Positions 7,901 through 15,262 of a stretch of 34,851 nucleotides of DNA are shown piece by piece. The position numbers were made by a program, and so were the translations under genes. The notes beneath the pieces were generated by a model, which saw nothing but the letters and a program-made list of their open reading frames with translations, ran no database searches and had not been told where the DNA came from. This stretch comes from an uncultured archaeon. Lineage in GTDB: Archaea > Aenigmatarchaeota > Aenigmatarchaeia > GW2011-AR5. Where the stretch lies: positions 1-34,851 of the forward strand of contig CAYJVT010000009.1 of the NCBI GenBank assembly GCA_964373695.1, given 5' to 3'. Each line of letters begins with the position of its first letter. The stretch's first letter is position 1.

Positions 7901-8701
7901 CTTGCACATAACACCCTTGAAATTCCCGTTCCGCAGCTGCGAGAGCTGGGGTACAACATAGAGAGGCTGAAGTCGAGAAGCGTAATAACCAACGTGGAGA
8001 CGGAGCTGCCGGCCGAGGAAGGGCTCCGCACCGCACTGCGACTCGGAGACTCCGCGCTGATAGTAGGCGAGGTAAGGAGCAGGGAGGCGATAGCGCTGTA
8101 CGAGGCCATGAGAATAGGCGCCCTGGCCAACCTTGTAGCAGGCACCATCCACGGCGAGAGCGCTTACGGTGTCTTTGACAGGGTCGTAAACGACCTCGGA
8201 GTGCCGCCGACCAGCTTCAAGGCCACTGACATAGTCGTCGTGAACAACATGATAAGGTCCCCGGACGGGCTCCGCTCCTTCAGGAGGACTGTCGAGCTGA
8301 CGGAGATAAGGAAGCACTGGTCAAGCGACCCGGTGAAGGAGGGAGGCTTCGTGAACCTCCTGGAGTATTCTGCAAAGGAGGACAAGCTCAAGCCCACGAA
8401 GACTCTTCTTACAGGCGAGTCGGAAATAATAAACGACATAATGTCGAGGGTCCGTGAATGGAGGGGGAACTGGGACGCAGTATGGGAGAACATAATCATG
8501 AGGCAGAAGATACTGCAGTCCCTTGTAAACTATTCGGACGCTTACAGGAGGCCCGACATTATGGAAGCCCAGGCCGTGATAGAATCCAACTCCATGTTCC
8601 ACATAGCAAGCGCCGACGTCAAGGAAGAAACCGGCTCCATGGACAACAGGCTCATATACGAAAGGTGGCATAACTGGCTCGGAAAAAAAGTTAAGCAGTG
8701 A
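4946..8701 (+). CDS. Type IV pilus/Tad assembly ATPase (CpaF/TadA/FlaI/VirB11 family) with N-terminal extension, split by an intein
   Basis: Walker A GTRSSGKT (nt 6308-6331), Asp box IVSLED|TLE, Walker B LIVGEVR and His box GTIHGES. 1251 aa in total, 745 aa after intein removal. Adjacent to a TadB/C-like gene and pilins. Confidence 0.95.
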   Translation: MVFEYDYDEEAQRIRINCIGAISETSVEDYDLCMATTIEKLMEVKRVVRVVLAGSREYEYDFNEAKLLLEIGYAIERIIKERIISMRNVAAREDDMWIQQRYRFLQNFLNRLKYDPIEAYKSLLREIRHSKIKKEKEPDYASKISYQHYINNSLEPIRQILEECELIQIAKPQLTENKNRSLYRKIFHPTIRPNFIYTRYISLPPPDAELLERYRMGDTDVEIYKIKGKLRNLYHVIPPEFRLDENEYTLLDTARRYLGRHEPVEGELSKPENVRENLYRIGLDMIRDIANNNNMQLSEKKLGNLAKILTRYTAGLGILDLILQDDKIQDIAVNSPVGTSPVYIYHADYHECETNIVPSQEDAESWATRFRLSSGRPFDEANPVLDTELEVPGGRARVAAITRTLSPDGLGFSFRRHRDKPWTFPLFIKNRMIDSFSAGLLWFLIDGSRTMLIAGTRSSGKTSFLSSCIVQIMPKIRIVSLEDSVTGDCQIIYERDGKMEKGTVGKLIDDVIKKYGCECDFGRDVLRTNPEKIRVFSMRKDGKFGLSEVSAFIRHMSTKDIFEVTTRMGKKIKVTGDHSLFTLGKNGEIMPVKAGELKIDDYLVTPRKLPFAGGKKEHIDIFDYLEKINNGYFTGRGVEKCLRDNWNEIKKNVARSKRLWWKRKNIITVNFAKNLIKNGYNFDNDIFYKSSSHAKPLPRIIPLTDEMMQFFGLWLADGCYDSHSVIISVVDEYSRACVKNIASQIGMNTKMHSDGISIMINSITLKNLMKIVGFEGDAYTKKVPSWIYHLEKGKKASLLRGLFSGDGYLGKYEASISLVSPELIKDIQTLLLSLGIMSRINKMNEKDKTYSCRIGTVHALKAFRDIGFLQNDRTKKLEEMCSKIPSHDNSDIIPFTAEYKRTIGKSCKNFNSWDYISRGNNIGRQKLLGMVSEIESQDISSRLLMLAESDIFWDQIREIKRLENQECYVYDFSVPECENFVCENILAHNTLEIPVPQLRELGYNIERLKSRSVITNVETELPAEEGLRTALRLGDSALIVGEVRSREAIALYEAMRIGALANLVAGTIHGESAYGVFDRVVNDLGVPPTSFKATDIVVVNNMIRSPDGLRSFRRTVELTEIRKHWSSDPVKEGGFVNLLEYSAKEDKLKPTKTLLTGESEIINDIMSRVREWRGNWDAVWENIIMRQKILQSLVNYSDAYRRPDIMEAQAVIESNSMFHIASADVKEETGSMDNRLIYERWHNWLGKKVKQ
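6395..7912 (+). mobile_element. Intein (506 aa) with LAGLIDADG homing endonuclease
   Basis: Starts at Ser (SVTGD), ends at ILAHN, +1 Thr. Removal restores IVSLED-TLEIPV. LAGLIDADG-like blocks FFGLWLADG and LRGLFSGDG. DNA is AT-richer than the exteins. Confidence 0.95.
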
Positions 8702-8707
8702 CATAAC

Positions 8708-10663
8708 ATGGAAGACAAAGAGAGGGCCGCCAAGATAAAAAAAATAATATCAAGGGAATACAGAATATACAAGGAGGAGGAGGAGATATTCTCGCTTCCG
8801 AGAACGCTTTACGAGAAAGCGTGCAGGATATCGGCGGCGCTCCTCAACCTGAAACCTGACGCCAAGACCAGGAAGAAGCTTGAGGAAGTAATAGAATTCT
8901 CCCACCTCAAGATAACGCCAGCCGGCGTCTCGTCCCTCACCATACTGTTCGCACTTCTCACCACGATACCGACGACATTACTGATTATACTGTCGCTCTT
9001 CACGCCTTTCAACATTCTGCCATTCGGGTACGGGATGCTTCTCATGCTGATGTCGCTGTTCTTCGTGGTCTACCTCTACAACTACCCGTTCTTCCTGAAG
9101 AGAAGATACGAGTCCGAAGTGAGCTCGGAGATAGTGACGATGATACTCTACATGGCGATGTACATGAGGAACAACCCCAGCCTTGAAGGCGCCATAAAAT
9201 TCGCGGCCGACAACCTCTCAGGGCCGATAGGGCTGGAGCTCAAGAAAATGCTGTGGGACGTGGAGGTCGGCAACTACTTCTCAATGCAGGCGGCGCTCCT
9301 GGACTACACGGAGAAGTGGGCGAAGAACAGGGAGTTCGTGCAGGCCGTGGAGCTTCTTATAACATCAATGAAGCAGGTCGGCGAGAAGCGCATAACGCTA
9401 CTTGACGAGACGGTCAACATAGTCCTCGAGGGCAACAGGGAAAGGGCCAAGCACTTCAACCAGAAGCTGAAGCTGCCTGTCATGGTCGTGCACGCCCTGG
9501 GGGTAATACTTCCCGTCATGGGCCTGGTAATGTTCCCCGTCATATCCGTCTTTCTGGGAATAGAGTCGGCAGTTCTTTTCGTCATATACGACGTGCTGCT
9601 CCCATTGATACTCTACTTCGTCATAATGCGCATATCGGAGCTGAGGCCAGCGACGTTCAGCAAGATAGACATCTCCGAGAATCCGGACGTGCCGCCGATG
9701 GGGAAGATAAAGATTGGTAGCAGGCTGGTTTCAGCGTGGCCGATAGCGGCGCTGAGCGCGATACCATTCATAGGGCTCGGTCTGTTCATCAAGCAGTTCG
9801 AGACGGAGGGGATAATAGCGGGGCTCCTGATGCTATTCGGCGTGGCGTTCTCCATTTCCCTCTACAACATACTCCTTTCCAGGAAGAGAATCGAGGTCAG
9901 GGACAAGACAAGGAAGATAGAAGGCGAATTCGCGGAAGCCCTATTCCAGATGGGGAACCAGGTGTCCTCGGGAAAGCCGATAGAAATATCGATAAAGAAT
10001 TCCATGGAGCGCATCAACAACCTCGAGATAAAGAAATTCTTCGACAAGGCGCTGAACAACATAAAGTCGCTCGGCATGACGTTCCAGCAGGCCTTCTTTG
10101 ACAAGGACTTCGGCGCGATAAGGCTCTACCCGTCGAGGATGATAAAGAACATCATGAGGACGGTAGTGGAGTCAAGCAAGAAGGGGGTCAACGTGGCGTC
10201 GAACGCCATGCTGTCAGTTTCAAGATACCTGAAGGGCATCCACTCGACCCAGGAAGAGGTGAGGGAGGAGCTGAGCGAGACCGTAAACTCGCTGAAATTC
10301 CAGCTCTATTTCCTGTCGCCCATGATATCAGGCATAGTCGTGACCCTGGCCATAATAATAATAAGGATACTGAAGTCGCTGTCCGCCAGCCTCGGCGACT
10401 TCCAGAGCATACAGGTCCCGCTCATAAGCCAGTTCGCCAACATCACCGTGACGCCGTTCCAATTTATAATAGTCGTGGGCACATATATCATAGAAACATG
10501 CGTAATCATCTCCATATTCATAAACAACATAGAGAACGGCGACGACCCGATAGGGCGCATGCACACGACGGGTTACTCGCTCCTGATAGGGTTCATCATG
10601 TTCACCGTGTTCACCATGGTAACGCTGATGGTGTTCGGGCCGCTGATAACGACGCTGGTGTGA
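8708..10663 (+). CDS. Pilus membrane platform protein (TadB/TadC/FlaJ, T2SS-F family, duplicated domains)
   Basis: 651 aa with alternating TM clusters and cytoplasmic domains (NPSLEGAI; QVSSGKPIE). Directly downstream of the ATPase. Confidence 0.9.
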   Translation: MEDKERAAKIKKIISREYRIYKEEEEIFSLPRTLYEKACRISAALLNLKPDAKTRKKLEEVIEFSHLKITPAGVSSLTILFALLTTIPTTLLIILSLFTPFNILPFGYGMLLMLMSLFFVVYLYNYPFFLKRRYESEVSSEIVTMILYMAMYMRNNPSLEGAIKFAADNLSGPIGLELKKMLWDVEVGNYFSMQAALLDYTEKWAKNREFVQAVELLITSMKQVGEKRITLLDETVNIVLEGNRERAKHFNQKLKLPVMVVHALGVILPVMGLVMFPVISVFLGIESAVLFVIYDVLLPLILYFVIMRISELRPATFSKIDISENPDVPPMGKIKIGSRLVSAWPIAALSAIPFIGLGLFIKQFETEGIIAGLLMLFGVAFSISLYNILLSRKRIEVRDKTRKIEGEFAEALFQMGNQVSSGKPIEISIKNSMERINNLEIKKFFDKALNNIKSLGMTFQQAFFDKDFGAIRLYPSRMIKNIMRTVVESSKKGVNVASNAMLSVSRYLKGIHSTQEEVREELSETVNSLKFQLYFLSPMISGIVVTLAIIIIRILKSLSASLGDFQSIQVPLISQFANITVTPFQFIIVVGTYIIETCVIISIFINNIENGDDPIGRMHTTGYSLLIGFIMFTVFTMVTLMVFGPLITTLV

Positions 10664-10667
10664 CGGC

Positions 10668-10940
10668 ATGAAGATGTGTAAAAAACTCCATTTTTTGACA
10701 TCCCAAAAGAACAAAGTTCCTTTGAAGAAAGGGATTTCCGACGCGCTCCTGTGGACCATGATAGGCCTTGCCGTGGCGCTGCTGGCGCTGGCGATACTCA
10801 TAGCGATAGCCGGAAGCCAGACTACCCTGGTGAAGGACGACATAGAGATACAGCGCGAGAGTGTATACACGGCGCCCGACATACAGGAACCGTATAACAA
10901 CTGCGAGGAGGCAGACTTTTCATGGAAAGCCTTGAACTGA
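10668..10940 (+). CDS. Type IV pilin-like protein with class III signal peptide
   Basis: LKKG|ISDALLWTMIGLAVALLALAILIAI. An alternative TTG start at 10722 gives MKKG|I. Confidence 0.8.
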   Translation: MKMCKKLHFLTSQKNKVPLKKGISDALLWTMIGLAVALLALAILIAIAGSQTTLVKDDIEIQRESVYTAPDIQEPYNNCEEADFSWKALN

Positions 10941-11263
10941 AGCCCATATTCTACGTAATATTCGGCATCGTCATAACGATAGTCGTCGGCCTCGTCTTAT
11001 GGAACAAGTTCGCGCCTGACGCCAGCCGGGCGTTCTACAATACGGTAACTGGGCCGGGCGGCCTGTTCGGCCTCGCGCTTGCGGGAAGAAGGAAGAAAGG
11101 GATGGAAATGTCCCTTCTTGTGCTGATAATCGGCTCCGTAATAGCCATCACAGTCATATTCCTTGTCATGGGAGGCTTCATAGGCGAATCGGGCGGCGTG
11201 TCAAGCTCTCTCCGCGACTCGTTGACGGATTTCGGCCTCGGAGCCTTGTCCAATATAGGGTGA
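10922..11263 (+). CDS. Two-unit pilin-like protein with internal class III cleavage motif
   Basis: N-terminal MESLELKPIFYVIFGIVITIVVGLVLW helix, then internal RRKKG|MEMSLLVLIIGSVIAITVIFLVM (nt 11087-11104). Confidence 0.85.
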   Translation: MESLELKPIFYVIFGIVITIVVGLVLWNKFAPDASRAFYNTVTGPGGLFGLALAGRRKKGMEMSLLVLIIGSVIAITVIFLVMGGFIGESGGVSSSLRDSLTDFGLGALSNIG

Positions 11264-12159
11264 TACTCATAGAAATACAGGAAATCATGCCAGCAATAAT
11301 CACGGCAGTGATAGTTCTGTTGATAGTGGTAATCTTTTTCATTCCGAAGGAGCTTCTTGCCAGCAGCTACGGCAATTTTACAGGAAAATTTCTCATAATG
11401 CCCAGGGACACCAATATCGAAGTAAAAGAAACTTATCAGGATGCACAAGGGGGCGTAACAGGCTACAGACTAGAAATCCTAACGAGCCTTTCGTACATAA
11501 ACCCCGAATCCCTGAAGGAGGAAAGCGTCAATGTAGTACCGATAGTCCATTTCAAAGGTGGTTCTGTAAGCGGCACCCCGTTCACCATAACCAAGAATGA
11601 CATGATAAGCGGCGCTGGTAGCGTGCGCCAGACTCTGAATCTTGAGGTTCGAACAAACGAGCCGCCGTATAAAACAGAGCAAAACCCATTCTCCGGCGAG
11701 GTGATGGAAAAGCAGGGGCTCGTCATGAAATCCAGCGAAGGCGGGGACTTCCTGGTGAAGCTGGAGAAGTATGATGACACGCGTGTTACACCATGCGAGT
11801 TAGGATTCCGCATCCAGTGCGGGAACACGACGAAAGCGCTGTATCTTGATGAAAAGAACGACTGCATAAATGACGGCGGCCAATACACATGCTTTGAAAA
11901 TACAGAGGCATGCGACGGCGTCGTGCGTATAGAGATGAACGAGAAACCGGACTGCGACGCCAGGAAGAACGCCATGACAATAACAGTGAAAGAGGGGACA
12001 GAGGGCCCGGTGCAGGAGGAGATATCCATAAGCTTCTGGCGCGACGGAGATGAGAAATGTATTGCCGGGGAGACGGACTACAAGCGCCTCACGGCATTGT
12101 GCGGGAAGGACAGGCTCAGCGGTCTGTACCTTTACAGCTTCCCCATGTTCTATATGTGA
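11260..12159 (+). CDS. Pilin-like membrane-anchored protein with Cys-rich extracellular domain
   Basis: N-terminal helix IEIQEIMPAIITAVIVLLIVVIFF, beta-rich body, 8 Cys in the C-terminal half. Start uncertain (GTG 11260, ATA 11269 or ATG 11287). Confidence 0.85.
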   Translation: MILIEIQEIMPAIITAVIVLLIVVIFFIPKELLASSYGNFTGKFLIMPRDTNIEVKETYQDAQGGVTGYRLEILTSLSYINPESLKEESVNVVPIVHFKGGSVSGTPFTITKNDMISGAGSVRQTLNLEVRTNEPPYKTEQNPFSGEVMEKQGLVMKSSEGGDFLVKLEKYDDTRVTPCELGFRIQCGNTTKALYLDEKNDCINDGGQYTCFENTEACDGVVRIEMNEKPDCDARKNAMTITVKEGTEGPVQEEISISFWRDGDEKCIAGETDYKRLTALCGKDRLSGLYLYSFPMFYM

Positions 12160-12203
12160 ACCAAATAAATAAACAGGATATAACTTATTTGGTTCACATA
12201 TAG
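12150..12203. repeat. Perfect 19-bp inverted repeat with 16-nt spacer
   Basis: CTATATGTGAACCAAATAA (12150-12168) and TTATTTGGTTCACATATAG (12185-12203). Overlaps the stop codon at 12157-12159. Confidence 0.9.
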
Positions 12204-12290
12204 TGCCAAAGAAAACTAATATTATGATTGTTTTCTTGGAGCACTATAGACCATGACAAGTATTTATTCTGACGTTTCAAATCAGTATTT

Positions 12291-12935
12291 ATGACCGAGA
12301 TAAGAAGCCTTCTGCTGACGATATTTGTAGGACTTCTTGTGCTTACCGTAATGATACTCATATTCACCCGGGGCAACGAGAGCGCCCTCACGCTGAAGGA
12401 CAGGCTGGAGAAGGCATTTGACAAGGAAAAGTTCACTGTCCACGTTTCCGATGGTACATGCTACGCTGTCGGCACGTCAAGATTCACTGTGTCCGGCATA
12501 GTCCCTGAATACAGGGATTACGTGGCTGAAGGCGGCTCCGTTTCCATTTTATTCACGGTAACAGTCGATGGCAGGGCTGGTTTCAGGCAAGAACTTGACG
12601 ACAATGATGACTATGTTTTGGACAGCAATGAACTGCAGCTTTCAAGCATGTCACCCATAACATGCGAAAGCGACGGAGAGCAGTGCAACTTCCTGCAAAC
12701 TTCAATCGATTTCAATACGGCTCAGAGTGATGTTATTCGCCTGGAGGATGGCGGAGATGTTATTAAATCCAAGAATATTGAGGAAATTCTAACTTCCCAG
12801 CAAAGCATCCACATAAGCGCTTGGAAGGAGGTCGGTCTGGATGCCAACCGCGTCTATCCTGTGACGAATGAAAAGCTCATAGAGCAGAGGGCCGATTTTT
12901 ATCTCGGCAGCTTCATACTAAATACAAGGTGCTAA
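12291..12935 (+). CDS. Pilin-like membrane-anchored protein without basic leader
   Basis: MTEIRSLLLTIFVGLLVLTVMILIF followed by a soluble beta-rich domain. Lies within the pilin cluster. Confidence 0.85.
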   Translation: MTEIRSLLLTIFVGLLVLTVMILIFTRGNESALTLKDRLEKAFDKEKFTVHVSDGTCYAVGTSRFTVSGIVPEYRDYVAEGGSVSILFTVTVDGRAGFRQELDDNDDYVLDSNELQLSSMSPITCESDGEQCNFLQTSIDFNTAQSDVIRLEDGGDVIKSKNIEEILTSQQSIHISAWKEVGLDANRVYPVTNEKLIEQRADFYLGSFILNTRC

Positions 12936-12939
12936 TGGA

Positions 12940-13083
12940 ATGGAAAAGAAAGCGATAGGAATGGCCGTAGGGTTCGTGATACTTGTAGTCCTGATAGCTC
13001 TTGTCGTGATACTGACGAGCAGGAGCCAGGGCGGGTCAATATCAAACCTCGAAACCGCCCTCGGCATAGTGAGGGGTGTCTAG
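12940..13083 (+). CDS. 47-aa micro-pilin with class III signal peptide (not in ORF track)
   Basis: MEKKA|IGMAVGFVILVVLIALVVILTSRSQGGSISNLETALGIVRGV*, with a GGTG SD upstream. Confidence 0.8.
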   Translation: MEKKAIGMAVGFVILVVLIALVVILTSRSQGGSISNLETALGIVRGV

Positions 13084-13203
13084 ATGCGACTGGAATACAT
13101 CGCAGTCGGGTTCATACTGATGCTGGTAGTGCTCATGGTAGTGATATCAATACTTTCTGGCGTGGCTCCGGGTGTTGAATTCATATTCAGCAAGGTGAAG
13201 TGA
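13084..13203 (+). CDS. 39-aa leaderless micro-pilin-like protein (not in ORF track)
   Basis: MRLEYIAVGFILMLVVLMVVISILSGVAPGVEFIFSKVK*. The ATG directly follows the upstream TAG in frame; GGGGTG SD present. Confidence 0.75.
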   Translation: MRLEYIAVGFILMLVVLMVVISILSGVAPGVEFIFSKVK

Positions 13204-14844
13204 ATGGAGGAAAACACACAGGCAATATTCATTGTCATCAGCCTTCTGTTCGTCCTCATAGGACTGACCTTGGTATCGGCGCTGCTGGCAAGCGCCGACC
13301 CCTATGCTTTCATTGCGACCTCGAACACCGAGAAGCTCAGGAATGCGATGGAGCAGGCATGCGGCGGCCAGAACCAGAAGATAAGCTTCTCATTGCCCCA
13401 GAATGTCCCTGCCATGACTTCGATATTTTCATTCGCAACTTCATGGCTCCTTTATGAGGGCGGCGACCCGCATTACACGCTTTATTATGAGATGTTCCCT
13501 GCCGGCGACGCCATAGGATGGGAGTCGTTCCAGAAGTTCAGGCCAAAGTCCCTTGCGTACATAACTGAAGATGCCGCGAACAAACTCGGCCAGCGCGTAA
13601 GCAGTTCGGATGACGTAGACGACTACATGAAAGACGTGAAGAAAAAGCTCGACGACAAGGAAATCGCCACCGACATCATTATATTGAGGAATGTCATACT
13701 GAACAGTGAATTCCCGCATTACCGGAACTACAGGATTGACCGCAGGGAAAAGACGGGCTCCTCTTCGGACGACTTCGTATCCGGCTTCTTCGGGTTCGGT
13801 GAGTGGAAGCGCGTGGACAAGAATGGAAAGCCGCTTGACGGCGACAATTATTTTGAGTTCATCAACTATGACGCACTGCCTACCGAGGAGAAGACGGCGA
13901 TAAAATACATGCCGTGCGGCGACCATTCGCTCTGCCTGAAGACGCGCTCCGGGGTCTACAGATACGAGCTGCCCAACTGCGAGGCACAGGACATAAAATA
14001 CGTTGCGCTTGCGTACGAGGAAAGGAATGTAGTAAAAGGGCTTGCCACAGGTGCTGAATTAACAGCTATTGCTCTGTATCCTCCTGCCAGGGTCCGCGCC
14101 TTAGCAGTCTCAAAATTTGCCTACAATCTCCTGTCAAAAATACCATGGCTGGGAAAGACAATAATAGTCGCCGGAGCGGCATACGGAACCGACAGCATGA
14201 CGAAATACTTTGTGGCGGCTTTCGCCGGATACAAATCATCGGATTTCAGCATCGCGAGCCCGTGCGCCGCTGAAGAAATGGAGGTAACAATGATGAAATG
14301 CGGTGACATTCCGGACGAATACTCGTGCAACAGGATGGAAAAAATACCTATAATGAAGTTCGACAAGGACGACGGGATACTACCAGAGAACCAATACCGC
14401 GAATATCACTATACATGCACGGAAAAATACAATGAAAACTACGACAGCACTTCATCAAATCCGAATATTTTCTCACTTGAATCCGGCGAAATAAGCAACG
14501 ACCAGTGCCTCCTGGTCAAGGTCACCAAACTACCCGAAGGGTACTGCTGGACGCCCGACCCGTATAAGGAGCTTTCACTCGGAGGCGGCATAGATAACCT
14601 GTTCAGAGAACCCGCAACACAGGCAGTTGCAAGGGGCCTGGGCATCACGCCGGTAAGAGAATTCACTTCCTACGTGTATCAGAATATGGAGGGCGTTTCC
14701 CCTGTGACTCTTCTGCTTCCTTGGGTTGACAATGGATTTTTCATCGACAGGTCAGGCGGCCTTGTATCGTGGGGATGGCCGCAACATAAAGGGGAGAGCA
14801 TACTAGGAGACTTCCTCGGACTTCCAGGAATATTCATTAATTAA
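13204..14844 (+). CDS. Large pilin-like surface protein (546 aa) with internal hydrophobic segment
   Basis: N-terminal helix QAIFIVISLLFVLIGLTLVSALLA, scattered Cys, and an internal Ala/Gly-rich hydrophobic stretch at about nt 14029-14229. Confidence 0.85.
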   Translation: MEENTQAIFIVISLLFVLIGLTLVSALLASADPYAFIATSNTEKLRNAMEQACGGQNQKISFSLPQNVPAMTSIFSFATSWLLYEGGDPHYTLYYEMFPAGDAIGWESFQKFRPKSLAYITEDAANKLGQRVSSSDDVDDYMKDVKKKLDDKEIATDIIILRNVILNSEFPHYRNYRIDRREKTGSSSDDFVSGFFGFGEWKRVDKNGKPLDGDNYFEFINYDALPTEEKTAIKYMPCGDHSLCLKTRSGVYRYELPNCEAQDIKYVALAYEERNVVKGLATGAELTAIALYPPARVRALAVSKFAYNLLSKIPWLGKTIIVAGAAYGTDSMTKYFVAAFAGYKSSDFSIASPCAAEEMEVTMMKCGDIPDEYSCNRMEKIPIMKFDKDDGILPENQYREYHYTCTEKYNENYDSTSSNPNIFSLESGEISNDQCLLVKVTKLPEGYCWTPDPYKELSLGGGIDNLFREPATQAVARGLGITPVREFTSYVYQNMEGVSPVTLLLPWVDNGFFIDRSGGLVSWGWPQHKGESILGDFLGLPGIFIN

Positions 14845-14875
14845 AGATTTAATCAAACACTGGCATATTTATCCT

Positions 14876-15262
14876 ATGCACGGCGTCACGAGCATAAAGA
14901 ACTTCATATCCATCGCAATACTCCTCATCATGCTTCTCGGGTTCGCAACCCCCCTTCAGGGGGCTGTCCAGGATTTAATAAACACCGATGCTTCCCTGCA
15001 GGCAGAGCTTCTGTCGTCCAAGCTTAACGTGCTGAGGGCCGCTCCCGACGGCACCAGGACCAGGATATCGCTGCCGGACGCGAAATGCACCGTCAGGTTC
15101 GGGAACAATTTCTTTATCTACATATATGAAAAGACGGGCGCGAAACCGGCGAGCATAGTGAAGGACCTGGTGCAGAATCCGACGGTAATCAACATCCCGG
15201 AGGCTTCGTGCCCTGAATCATTCTTCCTGAAGAAACAAAACGGCATTATATCGGTGGGCTGA
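14876..15262 (+). CDS. Pilin-like membrane-anchored protein
   Basis: NFISIAILLIMLLGF helix followed by an amphipathic alpha segment and a small beta domain. Confidence 0.8.
   Translation: MHGVTSIKNFISIAILLIMLLGFATPLQGAVQDLINTDASLQAELLSSKLNVLRAAPDGTRTRISLPDAKCTVRFGNNFFIYIYEKTGAKPASIVKDLVQNPTVINIPEASCPESFFLKKQNGIISVG

Noticed and set aside
4946-10663. Archaellum (fla/arl) operon
   Set aside because: No FlaH/ArlH, FlaF/G or archaellin-like genes are recognisable. The layout fits a pilus/Tad-like system.
13201-13203. Genome-wide TGA-to-Gly recoding, suggested by KVK*ME
   Set aside because: hisS, ileS, PINA and the ATPase are uninterrupted under the standard code, and many genes end at TGA with proper downstream starts.
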